Shown here piece by piece: positions 8,799 to 19,156 of a stretch of DNA of 64,000 bases. The notes beneath the pieces are model-generated. The model saw only the letters and a list, made by a program, of their open reading frames with translations, made no database searches and was not told the origin of the DNA. The stretch covers positions 1,780-65,779 of the forward strand of contig CACKBQ010000002.1 of the NCBI GenBank assembly GCA_902598405.1, read 5' to 3'. Position 1 is the first letter of the stretch, and the number at the start of each line of letters is the position of its first letter. The position numbers and the translations under genes are program-made. Source of the DNA: an uncultured Pelagibacteraceae bacterium. Its GTDB lineage: Bacteria > Pseudomonadota > Alphaproteobacteria > Pelagibacterales > AG-422-B15.

Positions 8799-11438
8799 TT
8801 AGTTAAAACTTTGTATTGTAATTGTTAATTTTTCTTTGGTTCTTTGATATTCCTCTTCTCTATCTCTTTGCTCTTTTATTATTTCCTCAGGAGCATTACT
8901 TATAAAACTACTATTGCTCAATTTCATTTGAATTTTTCTTATTTCTAAATCTAGTTTTTCAATATTTTTTTGTAACCTCTTTTTTTCTTCTTCAAAATTG
9001 ATAATACCCTTAAGAGACAAATATATCAAACCATCATTAAAAATGACTTGCACCATTCCTTCATCATTTATTTGGTCAACTTTCTCAAATGAATCTGCTC
9101 TGGTCATGGTCATTATGATGTCTTTGTTATTTTGAATTATTTCCTCTAAATAAGAGCTGATATTTAAAAAATTAATTTTTAATTTTGATTTTGCGGGAAC
9201 ATTTAATTCTGACCGTGTCGATCTTATAGAAGATATTAAATTTATTAGTAAGTTTACTTTTTTACTATCTAATTGACTCATGTTTATTTTCTCTGGCCAC
9301 TTTGATTGACTTATTCTTGAAGTTTCTTTCTTTAGTAGGTTTGAAGCCTTATCCCACAAATGTTCTGTAAAGAAGGGCATAATTGGATGCAACATAATTA
9401 AGGTTTTTGAAAGCACTATTGAGGTTACGTGCTTAGTTTCCTGAATTATTATTTTATCATTTGATGAATAAATTACTTTTGTAAATTCTAAATACCAGTC
9501 ACAAAATATACTCCAGACAAATTTATATAATTCATTTGCAGCTTCATTAAATTTATAACTCTTAATTGAGTCTTCAGTTTTTTGCCTACACTTTTCAAGT
9601 TCATTTAGTATCCATAAATTAAAAATATTTTGAGTGTTGTTAATATCAAAATCATCATAGATACAATTGTTCTTCTCACATAATTTAATTGCATTCCATA
9701 TTTTGGTAATAAAATTTCTATAACCCTCTACCCTTTGCTTTGAAAGTTTAATATCTCTACCTTGAGCTGCCATTGAGCATAAAGTCATTCTTAGTGCGTC
9801 TGCTCCAAATTCATCCATCAGAATTAAAGGATCAATAACGTTTCCTTTTGATTTGGACATTTTTTGTCCATTTTCATCTCTAACTAAGGCATGAACATAG
9901 ACCTCCTTAAACGGAGTTTGTTGAGTGAAATATAGTCCCATCATCATCATGCGAGCGACCCAAAAAAAAATAATATCGAATCCTGTAACCAAAGCAGAGG
10001 TTGGATAGAATTTATCCAATTCTGGGGTTTTTTCTGGCCAGCCTAACGTCGAAAATGGCCACAATGCTGAAGAAAACCATGTGTCTAATACATCTTCGTC
10101 TTGAGTTAATTTTACACTTTTTTTGTAATAATTTTTGGCTAACTTGTGTGCCTCATTTGAAGTTTCCGCAACAAATACTTTTCCATCAGGTCCATACCAC
10201 GCTGGTATTTGATGGCCCCAAATTAACTGCCTGGAAATACACCATGGCTGAATATTGTTCATCCAATCAAAATATGTTTTTTCCCAATTCTGAGGAATAA
10301 ATTTAGTTTCTTTTGATTTCACTTTTTCAATGGCCTCTATTGATAATTTTTTTGCATTTACAAACCATTGGTCTGTCAGCCAGGGCTCAATAATTTCACC
10401 TGATCTATCGCCATATGGTACGGTATGCGTATGTTTTTCAATTTTATTTAAAGCGCCAATTTTTTCTAATTCACTTATAATTTTTTCTCTTGCTTTGAAA
10501 CGATCTAGTTTCTGATATTCATCAGGACAATTTTCATTAAGTTCAGCATTCTCATTAAAAATATTAATAACATCCAAGTTATGCCTAACGCCAAGTTCGT
10601 AATCATTAAAATCATGCGCAGGTGTAATTTTAACAGCGCCAGATCCCTGGTCCATCTTTGCATAATCATCTGCAACAATAATTACTTTTCTATTTATAAT
10701 AGGCAAAACTGCATACTTTCCAATTAACTCTTTATACCTCTCATCTTCAGGATGTACTGCTACAGCTGTATCACCGAACATTGTTTCAGGTCGTGTCGTT
10801 GCAACAGTTATTGTTTTGTCATGGTTTTCAACTTTATAATCTATGTACCATAGTGATCCTTTAACTTCTTTTTGTATAACTTCTAAGTCAGAGATTGTTG
10901 TTTTTAATTTAGGGTCCCAATTGCTTAACCTTTTATCTTTGTATATGAGATTATCGTTATAAAGTTTCACAAATACAAATCTAACTGCCTTTGATAAGCC
11001 TTCGTCAAGAGTGAACCTTTCTCTTGACCAGTCGCACGAACATCCTAATCTTTTTAATTGATTGATAATTTGATTGCCCGATTGATCTTTCCATTCCCAA
11101 ACATGACGAACAAACTCATCACGAGTTAAGTTTTTTTTATCTATATTCTTTTTCTTTAATTCTCTTTCAACGACCATTTCAGTTGCTATACCTGCGTGGT
11201 CTGTTCCTGGTTGCCAGAGCACACTTTTACCTTGCATGCGATAAAACCTTACTAAAATATCTTGAAGTGAATTATTTAGGGCATGACCCATATGCAGTGT
11301 TCCAGTTACATTTGGTGGAGGAATTACAATACTATAAGTACCTTTTGAGGAACCTGAGGCCTGAAAATCACCTTCTTTTTGCCATTTTTGATAAATTCTC
11401 TCTTCTTCGAGATTGGGCTGATAATATTTTTCCAACAT
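8799..11438 (-). CDS. valS: Valine--tRNA ligase
   Basis: [37 protein letters not shown]-terminal coiled coil. Confidence 0.98.
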   Translation of the reverse strand: MLEKYYQPNLEEERIYQKWQKEGDFQASGSSKGTYSIVIPPPNVTGTLHMGHALNNSLQDILVRFYRMQGKSVLWQPGTDHAGIATEMVVERELKKKNIDKKNLTRDEFVRHVWEWKDQSGNQIINQLKRLGCSCDWSRERFTLDEGLSKAVRFVFVKLYNDNLIYKDKRLSNWDPKLKTTISDLEVIQKEVKGSLWYIDYKVENHDKTITVATTRPETMFGDTAVAVHPEDERYKELIGKYAVLPIINRKVIIVADDYAKMDQGSGAVKITPAHDFNDYELGVRHNLDVINIFNENAELNENCPDEYQKLDRFKAREKIISELEKIGALNKIEKHTHTVPYGDRSGEIIEPWLTDQWFVNAKKLSIEAIEKVKSKETKFIPQNWEKTYFDWMNNIQPWCISRQLIWGHQIPAWYGPDGKVFVAETSNEAHKLAKNYYKKSVKLTQDEDVLDTWFSSALWPFSTLGWPEKTPELDKFYPTSALVTGFDIIFFWVARMMMMGLYFTQQTPFKEVYVHALVRDENGQKMSKSKGNVIDPLILMDEFGADALRMTLCSMAAQGRDIKLSKQRVEGYRNFITKIWNAIKLCEKNNCIYDDFDINNTQNIFNLWILNELEKCRQKTEDSIKSYKFNEAANELYKFVWSIFCDWYLEFTKVIYSSNDKIIIQETKHVTSIVLSKTLIMLHPIMPFFTEHLWDKASNLLKKETSRISQSKWPEKINMSQLDSKKVNLLINLISSIRSTRSELNVPAKSKLKINFLNISSYLEEIIQNNKDIIMTMTRADSFEKVDQINDEGMVQVIFNDGLIYLSLKGIINFEEEKKRLQKNIEKLDLEIRKIQMKLSNSSFISNAPEEIIKEQRDREEEYQRTKEKLTITIQSFN

Positions 11439-11845
11439 TAGTTTTTTTTATTTTCTGTACTAATGGTGATAGTAGATGAGTTTATTTTTTCTCTAATAAT
11501 TTTTGTTAGTTCTTCACTTATTATTTCATTTATTCTAGTTGAAGGAAAAGAACTGATTTCGTTCCTTACAACTTTTCTTATTTGTTCGTCATTAATATTA
11601 TTATAAAAATTTTCATCATGTCTATGCTGGTCTTCCTTATGCTCTATGTTTGACGTATCGTTAATTGGATCTGAAAGCTCCAGAATATCTATTCTATCAT
11701 TATCTGTTTGTTTTTTTTCATCAATTGGATTCGTAAGCTCGATAATATCTTTTGGAAGCTCCTGCTCTTGCTGTTGTGAGTTTTCTGACATCATGTTTCT
11801 AATGGCATCGAGTATATCATCAGTATTAGGATTTTTCTTATTCAT
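11438..11845 (-). CDS. popZ: PopZ-like / DUF2497 polar organizing protein
   Basis: N-terminal helix PNTDDILDAIRNMMSE resembles PopZ H1 (EPSMEEILASIRRII); acidic linker with repeated ILEL(T/S)xPI; helical C-terminus; conserved position between pcm and valS. Confidence 0.6.
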   Translation of the reverse strand: MNKKNPNTDDILDAIRNMMSENSQQQEQELPKDIIELTNPIDEKKQTDNDRIDILELSDPINDTSNIEHKEDQHRHDENFYNNINDEQIRKVVRNEISSFPSTRINEIISEELTKIIREKINSSTITISTENKKN

Positions 11846-11870
11846 TCTAAATTGCTATCTCAATATTTTG

Positions 11871-12521
11871 CTAGAAACTAAAGCTATTTTCTCTTTTAAA
11901 TATATTTAATGCTGGAAGCAAACAATTAAATAATTTTTGATTATCAAAATTATTTTTATTTTTTTTAAATAATCTAGCTGTACAGACACCTTCTTCTTGC
12001 AAAATAGCTAGCAATCTTCCTCCCTCATCCAATTGATTTAATATATTTTCAGGAACTTCTTGTATCGCACCTTCAATAATTATTGCATTAAATGGCGACT
12101 GGTCGCTATATCCTTTACTTATTTCATTTTTTACAAATACAATATTATTTAAATTATTTATTTTTATAGCATTTTCTGCACTTAATAAAAATTCTTCATC
12201 CTCCTCTACAACAATCACAGTTTCTGCATGATGAGATAAAATAGCGCTTAGATATCCAGTTGAGGCCCCTAATATCAAAACATTTTCGTCAGTTTTTAAA
12301 TCAATGCTTAAAGCTATTTTGGCTACAAGATCTGGCTTTAAAATAATTCTATCATTTTTTAATATTAAATTCTTTTCAATATATGACATGGATTTCATTT
12401 GCTCTGGCATAAAGTCGTTACGATCCAAAGAGTAAAAGGTTGATAATAACTGTTCATTCATTCCATTTATTGGCTTGATTTGACCATCAACCATATTTTT
12501 ATTTAAATTTGTATTAGTCAT
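11871..12521 (-). CDS. pcm: Protein-L-isoaspartate O-methyltransferase family protein
   Basis: NMVDGQIKP start, VLILGASTGYLSA SAM motif, PFNAIIIEGA, QLDEGGRL. Confidence 0.85.
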   Translation of the reverse strand: MTNTNLNKNMVDGQIKPINGMNEQLLSTFYSLDRNDFMPEQMKSMSYIEKNLILKNDRIILKPDLVAKIALSIDLKTDENVLILGASTGYLSAILSHHAETVIVVEEDEEFLLSAENAIKINNLNNIVFVKNEISKGYSDQSPFNAIIIEGAIQEVPENILNQLDEGGRLLAILQEEGVCTARLFKKNKNNFDNQKLFNCLLPALNIFKRENSFSF

Positions 12522-12614
12522 TTTTTTTTCAATGAAATTTATATTATATCATTGCTATCTTTTCAAAATTATTCACATTTTCTGAATATTAATGGTATAA
12601 AAATCAAACATTTT

Positions 12615-12688
12615 GGCCACGTGGCGGAATGGTTACGCAGAGGACTGCAAATCCTTGTATACCGGTTCGATTCCGGTCGTGGCCTCCA
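12615..12688 (+). tRNA. tRNA-Cys(GCA)
   Basis: GGCCACG acceptor stem, anticodon loop CT-GCA-AA, GGTTCGATTCC T-loop, encoded CCA. Confidence 0.96.
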
Positions 12689-12694
12689 TTCTAC

Positions 12695-13711
12695 TTAAGT
12701 TAAATGTTTTTTCAATGAGTCGATTATTTTCTCTGCTTGATCTTCTCTTATCCATGAGTGAAAACTTTTTATCATTGGAGGTGAAAAATTAGGTAGCAAT
12801 TGATTAAGCTTACTTTTCATTGATCTGATTGATGTGCCTTTTTGATGTGAGGCTAGATATGCAATATATGATTGTGGATATTCTGGCTGCAATCTTACAA
12901 GCTTCTCTGAATAGTTTTGAGCATTTTTGAAGTCTTCATCAATAAAATTAAATCTCCAAAGCTCAAAATATGTTCTCCATTGCCCGTAGATATCCTCATA
13001 CAATTCTAGTGCCTTGTTCATTTCCATGTAAGCTCTTTTTTTCTCATCAATTTGAAATAAAGATGACCCGAATAACCGTCGACCGTGAGCAAATTTTTTA
13101 TTTAATTTTATTGAGTTGTACGAATGGTTAAGTGCAAGATCAAAGTTTCCACCATAATAATAAGATAATCCAAATGCAAATTGGCACAAAAAATTATTTT
13201 CATTTAGTGAAACTGAACTTCTTGCAAGATTTAAAAGTGTCTTTCTAACTTTGTTTGGATCTCTTACATTGAACATCCAAAGTTTATCAGCGTAAGACAT
13301 GGCAATTTTTGAAATCGTAATCGCTAAGTCTTCTTTTGGTATCGAACTACTAAGTTTGTCATATGAGTTTTTTGATAACAAAAATCTGATTGTTCTTTTA
13401 TCCTTTTGATTTTTTGACTTTCTTATAACTCCATTCTCTTCAAGATATTTTAATCTCCTCCAGAGGGTTCTTTCTGGGGATTGAGTAAAGTATTGAATGT
13501 CATAAAATGAAAGACCTTTATAAAAATTCACATAAAGTCTAAAAACTATTTCCAAATCTAATAAACTTGTAAGTGCGAGTGATTTAAGCACTTTAAATAA
13601 ACCGCCGTATAAAAAGCTAAATACAGCCTCATCAAGTAAATTTACATTTTTAGATACTTGATCACTTCTTCCAAATCCAAATTCATAAATATTGTCTTTT
13701 TGTACTGTCAT
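12695..13711 (-). CDS. Winged-helix (MarR-like) plus TPR-repeat protein, putative regulator
   Basis: HTH-like SPERTLWRRLKYLEENGVIRKSKNQKDKRTIRFLLS; downstream TPR-like helices (FAFGLSYYYGGNFDLALNHSYNSIKLNKKFAHGRRLFG). Confidence 0.55.
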   Translation of the reverse strand: MTVQKDNIYEFGFGRSDQVSKNVNLLDEAVFSFLYGGLFKVLKSLALTSLLDLEIVFRLYVNFYKGLSFYDIQYFTQSPERTLWRRLKYLEENGVIRKSKNQKDKRTIRFLLSKNSYDKLSSSIPKEDLAITISKIAMSYADKLWMFNVRDPNKVRKTLLNLARSSVSLNENNFLCQFAFGLSYYYGGNFDLALNHSYNSIKLNKKFAHGRRLFGSSLFQIDEKKRAYMEMNKALELYEDIYGQWRTYFELWRFNFIDEDFKNAQNYSEKLVRLQPEYPQSYIAYLASHQKGTSIRSMKSKLNQLLPNFSPPMIKSFHSWIREDQAEKIIDSLKKHLT

Positions 13712-13786
13712 GAAGAATATTTATATCTTTCTTATTGAAGTAAAACTAGATATAAACTTTATCTTTTGTTATAAGAGATTACATAA

Positions 13787-13862
13787 TCCCCGGTAGCTCA
13801 GTTGGTAGAGCAAGCGGCTGTTAACCGCTTTGTCACTGGTTCGAGTCCAGTCCGGGGAGCCA
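13787..13862 (+). tRNA. tRNA-Asn(GTT)
   Basis: TCCCCGG acceptor, TAGCTCAGTTGGTAGAGC D-arm, anticodon CT-GTT-AA, GGTTCGAGTCC, CCA end. Confidence 0.96.
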
Positions 13863-13864
13863 TA

Positions 13865-14602
13865 TTATAAAATTTGGCTTAGGAATGTTTTAGTTCGCTC
13901 ACTCTCAGGGTTGTCAAAAAAATCTTTTGGATTTTTTGCTTCTACGATTTGTCCCTCATCCATGAAAATGATGCTATCAGCGACCTCTTTGGCAAATCCC
14001 ATTTCGTGTGTAACAACAATCATTGTCATGCCGCCTTGAGCAAGGCCAACCATCACATCTAATACTTCCTTAATCATCTCAGGGTCAAGAGCTGAAGTGG
14101 GTTCATCAAAAAGCATAATTCTCGGCTCCATGCAAAGTGCTCTTGCTATTGCCGCTCTTTGCTGTTGGCCACCAGATAACTGAGCAGGATACTTGTGTGC
14201 CTGATCATCTATTTGAACTCGTTTTAAATATTCCATAGCTTTTTCTTTTGCTTCAGCTTTTGGTAGTTTGCGAACCCATATAGGGGCAAGCGAACAATTA
14301 TCTAATATGGATAAATGTGGAAATAAATTAAATTGTTGGAATACCATTCCAACTTCCCCACGAATTCTCTCGATACTTCTACTGTCGTTAGTCAGCTCTG
14401 TGCCTTCTACTATAATATTTCCTCTTTGATGTTCCTCTAATCTATTAATGCATCTGATAAGTGTTGATTTACCAGATCCGGATGGACCACAAATAACAAT
14501 CTTTTCCCCTTTGTTAATTTCAAGATTAATATCATTTAATACATGAAGTTCGCCGAACCATTTGTGAACATTTTTCATTTCTATCATTAATTCAGAGCTC
14601 AT
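13865..14602 (-). CDS. aapP: General L-amino acid ABC transporter ATPase
   Basis: Walker [28 protein letters not shown]; last gene of the aap operon. Confidence 0.92.
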   Translation of the reverse strand: MSSELMIEMKNVHKWFGELHVLNDINLEINKGEKIVICGPSGSGKSTLIRCINRLEEHQRGNIIVEGTELTNDSRSIERIRGEVGMVFQQFNLFPHLSILDNCSLAPIWVRKLPKAEAKEKAMEYLKRVQIDDQAHKYPAQLSGGQQQRAAIARALCMEPRIMLFDEPTSALDPEMIKEVLDVMVGLAQGGMTMIVVTHEMGFAKEVADSIIFMDEGQIVEAKNPKDFFDNPESERTKTFLSQIL

Positions 14603-14604
14603 AC

Positions 14605-15687
14605 TTATCTTCCCGTATCTAATTTCTTTTCAAGACGTTGACTATACCAACTCATAGCATAACAAAAAACCCAAAATACTGCAGCAGCAAAAACATAACC
14701 TTCATGTGAAAATCCTAACCAATCAGGGTTTGTCCCAACAAACTGAATAATACCAAGAAAATCAAATAAACCTATAACTAAAACCAGGGTTGTATCCTTA
14801 AATATTGCTATAAAGCTACCTATAATTGCTGGTATCACCATTTTGAGTGATTGAGGTAAAATTACTAATGCCATCATTCTCCAATAAGTTAACCCAACTG
14901 CTTGCGATGCTTCGTACTGTCCTTTTGGCATTGCCTGCAAGCCGCCTCGGACAACTTCTGCTAAATATGCAGCTGAAAAAAACATAACTCCAATCAATGC
15001 TCTAATTAATTTATCAAAGTTGACCCCCTCAGGCATGAACAGTGGGAACATATTTGAGGCCATAAATAATACTGTTATAAGCGGAACACCTCTCCAAATT
15101 TCAATAAAGATTGTACATAAAAGTGAAACTACCGGCAGCTTAGATCTTCTGCCTAGAGCAAGCATTACTCCAATTGGTAGAGATAATACAATTCCAACTC
15201 CCGCTATAACTAGTGTTAAAAATAAACCACCCCATAAACGAGTTTCAACCGCTTCAAGGCCAAGACCGCCTGACAACATAACCACGCAAATGATTGGGAA
15301 AACTATAAGCAGAAAAGCGCCTACCCACCCTTTATGCTTCAAATTAGGAATAAGAAGATATACACCTGATATAAATAGAATAAGATAGACAAAATTTATT
15401 CTCCATAATTCCTCGGTTGGGTATAGTCCATAAAATATAAGCTTGATATTTTGTTGTATAAATATCCAGCATGCTCCCTCGTTTGTGCAGTCATCTCGTG
15501 TTGAGCCAACAAAATTTGCATCTAAAAATATCCAGTTCACTAAAGGAGGGATTAAAATATAAAGAAAGTATAAGCCAAAAATTGTAAGCAAAGAATTATA
15601 CCAATTAGAAAAGAGATTTTTTCTTAGCCATCCCATTACTCCTAACTCGATAACTGGAGGTCTGATCTCTTTGTTAGCAGCACTCAT
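14605..15687 (-). CDS. aapM: General L-amino acid ABC transporter permease
   Basis: [46 protein letters not shown]. Confidence 0.9.
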   Translation of the reverse strand: MSAANKEIRPPVIELGVMGWLRKNLFSNWYNSLLTIFGLYFLYILIPPLVNWIFLDANFVGSTRDDCTNEGACWIFIQQNIKLIFYGLYPTEELWRINFVYLILFISGVYLLIPNLKHKGWVGAFLLIVFPIICVVMLSGGLGLEAVETRLWGGLFLTLVIAGVGIVLSLPIGVMLALGRRSKLPVVSLLCTIFIEIWRGVPLITVLFMASNMFPLFMPEGVNFDKLIRALIGVMFFSAAYLAEVVRGGLQAMPKGQYEASQAVGLTYWRMMALVILPQSLKMVIPAIIGSFIAIFKDTTLVLVIGLFDFLGIIQFVGTNPDWLGFSHEGYVFAAAVFWVFCYAMSWYSQRLEKKLDTGR

Positions 15688-16866
15688 TTATCTTTCACCA
15701 TCAACTTTCATAAATCTATTAAATAGATTCATAATTAAAGATGTGAATAGGCTTAAAAATAGATATACACCCATCACCATTCCAATAATTTCAATCGCTT
15801 GACCAGTTTGCATTAATGCCGTTCCAGCAAATACCAAAACAAGATCAGGATATGCAATAGCAGCTGCCAAGGAAGAGTTTTTAGTTAAGTTTAAATATTG
15901 ATTAGTTAATGGCGGTACAATAACCCGCAAAGCCTGAGGAATTATAATTAGACGAAGTATTAGATTTTGTTTTAGACCAACAGATTTTGCAGCTTCTGTC
16001 TGACCTTTCGACACCGCCATGATACCACCTCGGACTACCTCTGCAATAAATGATGCTGTGTACATGGCTAACGCAAAAGTTAGAGCAACTAATTCAGGTA
16101 TTAACTTTACGCCACCTTTAAAATTAAAACCTTTTAATTCCGGATACTCAAATGAAACTGGAAAACCAGTTACAGCTAAACTAATAAAGAATGTACCTAA
16201 AATTAATGCAGTTGATACATAGAAGGCAGGGAATCTCTCTCCAGTTCTATTTTGTCTACGTTTTGCCCAAATGAATATTCCAATTGAAATGATTATTGTT
16301 AGCCAAAGCAAATAAAATATTATTGAAGATCCTTCACCAAATACAGTATCAGGTATAAATAAACCTCTGTTGTTTAGAAAAAATGAATCGTAAAGCTCTA
16401 AACTTTGCTTGGGTTTTGGAAGTGCTCTTAAAACAGCAAAGTACCAAAAAAATATTTGAAGAAGCAATGGGATATTTCTAAGAATTTCAACATAAGCCTC
16501 TGCAATCTTTGCAATCAACCAATTAGATGACAGACGCATAATACCTACTGTAAATCCTATTATTGTTGCAAAAAGAATTCCTATTCCTGCAACCAGCAAG
16601 GTATTCAATAAACCTACAATGAATGAGTCAAAATAAGTTGATGTTGGAGAATACTCTATAAGAGTCATGCCTATATCAAATTGAGACTCAACTCCTAGAA
16701 AGTGAAAACCACTTGCTAAGCCCCGTTCCAGCATATTGCGAGCTGTGTTAGTAACAATGTAGTAAATACCAAGAGCTACTAACCCTAATGTAATAAGCTG
16801 ATAGAAGACTCCTTGAACACTCCTATTAAACAAAAAGCTTCCAATTCTTGATTTATCCGTCTCCAT
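15688..16866 (-). CDS. aapQ: General L-amino acid ABC transporter permease
   Basis: RNIPLLLQIFFWY, IAEVVRGGIMAVSKGQTEAA, QYLNLTKNSSLA. Confidence 0.9.
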   Translation of the reverse strand: METDKSRIGSFLFNRSVQGVFYQLITLGLVALGIYYIVTNTARNMLERGLASGFHFLGVESQFDIGMTLIEYSPTSTYFDSFIVGLLNTLLVAGIGILFATIIGFTVGIMRLSSNWLIAKIAEAYVEILRNIPLLLQIFFWYFAVLRALPKPKQSLELYDSFFLNNRGLFIPDTVFGEGSSIIFYLLWLTIIISIGIFIWAKRRQNRTGERFPAFYVSTALILGTFFISLAVTGFPVSFEYPELKGFNFKGGVKLIPELVALTFALAMYTASFIAEVVRGGIMAVSKGQTEAAKSVGLKQNLILRLIIIPQALRVIVPPLTNQYLNLTKNSSLAAAIAYPDLVLVFAGTALMQTGQAIEIIGMVMGVYLFLSLFTSLIMNLFNRFMKVDGER

Positions 16867-16907
16867 AACAGCTAAAAACTATATATTGATTTGAACTATT
16901 TACACAT

Positions 16908-16936
16908 AAAAAAAAGGGGGGCAAGTGGCCCCCCTT
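16908..16936 (-). terminator. Intrinsic terminator or stabilizing hairpin between aapJ and aapQ
   Basis: Minus strand GGGGGGC-CACTT-GCCCCCC followed by a run of T. Confidence 0.75.
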
Positions 16937-16968
16937 AAAGTGATCTTTGCTAGAAATTACTTTTACTG

Positions 16969-17994
16969 TTATCTAGCAGGAGGAGCATAAAGTACTCCAC
17001 CATCTTTATAAGAAGCGTTTGGTGATCCTGCTCTTGCAAGGCCTACAGGAGTATTTTCTCCAACGTGTTTTTCGTAAACATCACCGTAGTTTCCTACCAT
17101 AGTAACGATGTCGTATGACCAGCTCTCACCTAGGTTTAAGCCTGCGCCTGTTCCACCTTCTTTACCACATAGTCTTGCAACTACAGGGTTTGAAGTCATT
17201 GCGCATGTTGTCTGAGCATTAGATTGAGTTAAGCCGAATTCTTCAGCTTCAATCATCGCGTTTAGTGACCATCTAACAACATCAGCCCAGTCTCCGTCAC
17301 CTTCTCTTACAACAGGACCTAAAGGTTCTTTAGAGATAGTTTCTGGAAGAACAACGTGAGCATCTGGATCAGCTAATTTAGTTCTTTGAGCAGCAAGACC
17401 TGATTTGTCAGTTGTGTATGTATCGCAACGACCTTCGTCATATGCATTTACAACTTCGTCAGCTTTTTCAAATACAACTGGCTCATAAGCCATGCCGTTC
17501 GCTCTGAAAAAGTCAGCCATATTCAGTTCAGTCGTTGTACCAAGGTTAGTACAAACACTTGCACCATCAAGTTCCATTGCACTTGAGATGCCAGAATCTT
17601 TTCTGACCATGAAACCTTGACCATCATAGAAGTTAACGCCAGCAAATTCTAAACCAATTTGCGCGTCACGTGACAATGTCCAAGTAGTGTTTCTTGATAG
17701 AACATCAATTTCACCAGCTTGAAGAGCTGTAAATCTTTCTTTTGCAGTAAGAGGTACATACTTCACTTTGTCTGGGTCTCCAAAAATGGCAGCAGAAACA
17801 GCACGACATACGTCTACATCAATACCACTCCAGTTTCCATTTTCGTCTGGGTTTGAAAAACCAGGAACTCCCTGACTTACACCACAGTTGAAAAATCCTT
17901 GAGATTTAACAGTATCTAAAGTTCCAGCAAATGCAGCCGGTACCATCAATACTGAACATACTAATCCAAGGAAAGTAATTCTCATTGTATTCAT
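16969..17994 (-). CDS. aapJ: General L-amino acid ABC transporter substrate-binding protein
   Basis: Signal peptide; CGVSQGVPGFS, ERFTALQAGEIDVLSRNTTWT, ISKEPLGP, GGVLYAPP. Confidence 0.93.
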   Translation of the reverse strand: MNTMRITFLGLVCSVLMVPAAFAGTLDTVKSQGFFNCGVSQGVPGFSNPDENGNWSGIDVDVCRAVSAAIFGDPDKVKYVPLTAKERFTALQAGEIDVLSRNTTWTLSRDAQIGLEFAGVNFYDGQGFMVRKDSGISSAMELDGASVCTNLGTTTELNMADFFRANGMAYEPVVFEKADEVVNAYDEGRCDTYTTDKSGLAAQRTKLADPDAHVVLPETISKEPLGPVVREGDGDWADVVRWSLNAMIEAEEFGLTQSNAQTTCAMTSNPVVARLCGKEGGTGAGLNLGESWSYDIVTMVGNYGDVYEKHVGENTPVGLARAGSPNASYKDGGVLYAPPAR

Positions 17995-18127
17995 AAGTGA
18001 TTAATCCTTTTTTTTTGATTTAATTAATTAAATTATGGAAAATATAATCACAGATTTAATTCGAAGAGAAACAAAAAAAATGAATCGGTAAAGGCAAATT
18101 GACACTACTATATGTGGTATCAAAATT

Positions 18128-18787
18128 TTATTGAACCACAATTGATCGTGCTGCAGTTATTCTTATATCTACTTCATCAATAGTATCTTGCACAAGTGAC
18201 AAAGCGTAATCTAGTTCATCAGGACTCAACTCTGCAATGAGGTCATCAATTCCTTCTTTCCCCGCTCCGCATAATGAAGACTTATTACATTGAAGATACC
18301 ATCTAACCGATTGAACAAGGTCTTTTTTTACTCCGTCTCCAAACTCATACATGTTTGCGACATTATATTGAGCTTCAGGCACACCTCTCTCTGCAGCAAA
18401 TAAATAATACTTAAATGCTTTTTTATAATTTGGCCAAAATACCCAATGATTGTCATAATATTCTCCTATTGCGTATGCTGCTCTTGGGTCATTATCATTT
18501 TCGTATAGGTCTAAAAAAATCTCATAAGCTTTTTTATAATTTGACTCATTCTCATCAATACAAAAGTCATCAATCTTACATAAATTTATTGAAGAAGCAT
18601 CATTATATAAAAGTCCTAAAATATACTTTGCATCTGTGTTTGACTCATAATTAATAATATCTTTTAAAACATTAATTGCTTCTTCTTTTTTTCCCGTTGC
18701 AAAGAGATCATAAACATTTTCAGCTTTTGAAAACATTGTTGAACTTAGTATTAGTGTAAATATGGTTATTATAAATAATTTATTCAT
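18128..18787 (-). CDS. Secreted Sel1-like repeat protein
   Basis: Signal peptide; SLR motifs AAYAIGEYY...NYKKAFKYYLFAAERGVPEAQYNVANMYEFGDGVKKDLVQSVRWY. Confidence 0.85.
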   Translation of the reverse strand: MNKLFIITIFTLILSSTMFSKAENVYDLFATGKKEEAINVLKDIINYESNTDAKYILGLLYNDASSINLCKIDDFCIDENESNYKKAYEIFLDLYENDNDPRAAYAIGEYYDNHWVFWPNYKKAFKYYLFAAERGVPEAQYNVANMYEFGDGVKKDLVQSVRWYLQCNKSSLCGAGKEGIDDLIAELSPDELDYALSLVQDTIDEVDIRITAARSIVVQ

Positions 18788-18795
18788 TCTAATAG

Positions 18796-18872
18796 TGGCG
18801 CGCCCGAGAGGATTCGAACCTCTGACCCACAGCTTAGAAGGCTGTTGCTCTATCCAGCTGAGCTACGGGCGC
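18796..18872 (-). tRNA. tRNA-Arg(TCT)
   Basis: Reverse complement GCGCCCGTAGCTCAGCTGGATAGAGC...CT-TCT-AA...GGTTCGAATCC...GCCA. Confidence 0.96.
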
Positions 18873-19151
18873 TTACTTAAAGTTATCTGCGTAAGATTTA
18901 TTTATAACTTTCCTCTCTCTGGTTTCAAGAACTTCGTAATCAATTCCATTTTTTTTTGCATAATTAACTGCTTCTTCTTTGGATGAGAACTTTAATTCAA
19001 TTTGAGAAATAGTACTACTGCCACCATTCCAACCCATCATAGTGTCTTTCAATTGATTTTTTTTATCTGAAAATTTTAAAACCCACTTATTAAACTTTGA
19101 TCTTCCAGACTGCATAGCAGTTTTAGCGGGTTTAAATATTTTAGCCTTCAT
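18873..19151 (-). CDS. ETC complex I subunit conserved region protein (NDUFS4-like)
   Basis: AKIFKPAKTAMQSG, LKDTMMGW, LKFSSKEEAVNYA, KSYADNF; typical position between tRNA-Pro and tRNA-Arg. Confidence 0.92.
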   Translation of the reverse strand: MKAKIFKPAKTAMQSGRSKFNKWVLKFSDKKNQLKDTMMGWNGGSSTISQIELKFSSKEEAVNYAKKNGIDYEVLETRERKVINKSYADNFK

Positions 19152-19156
19152 ATTCT

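Noticed and set aside
13830-14039. 69-aa plus-strand ORF
   Set aside because: Starts inside tRNA-Asn and is antisense to aapP.
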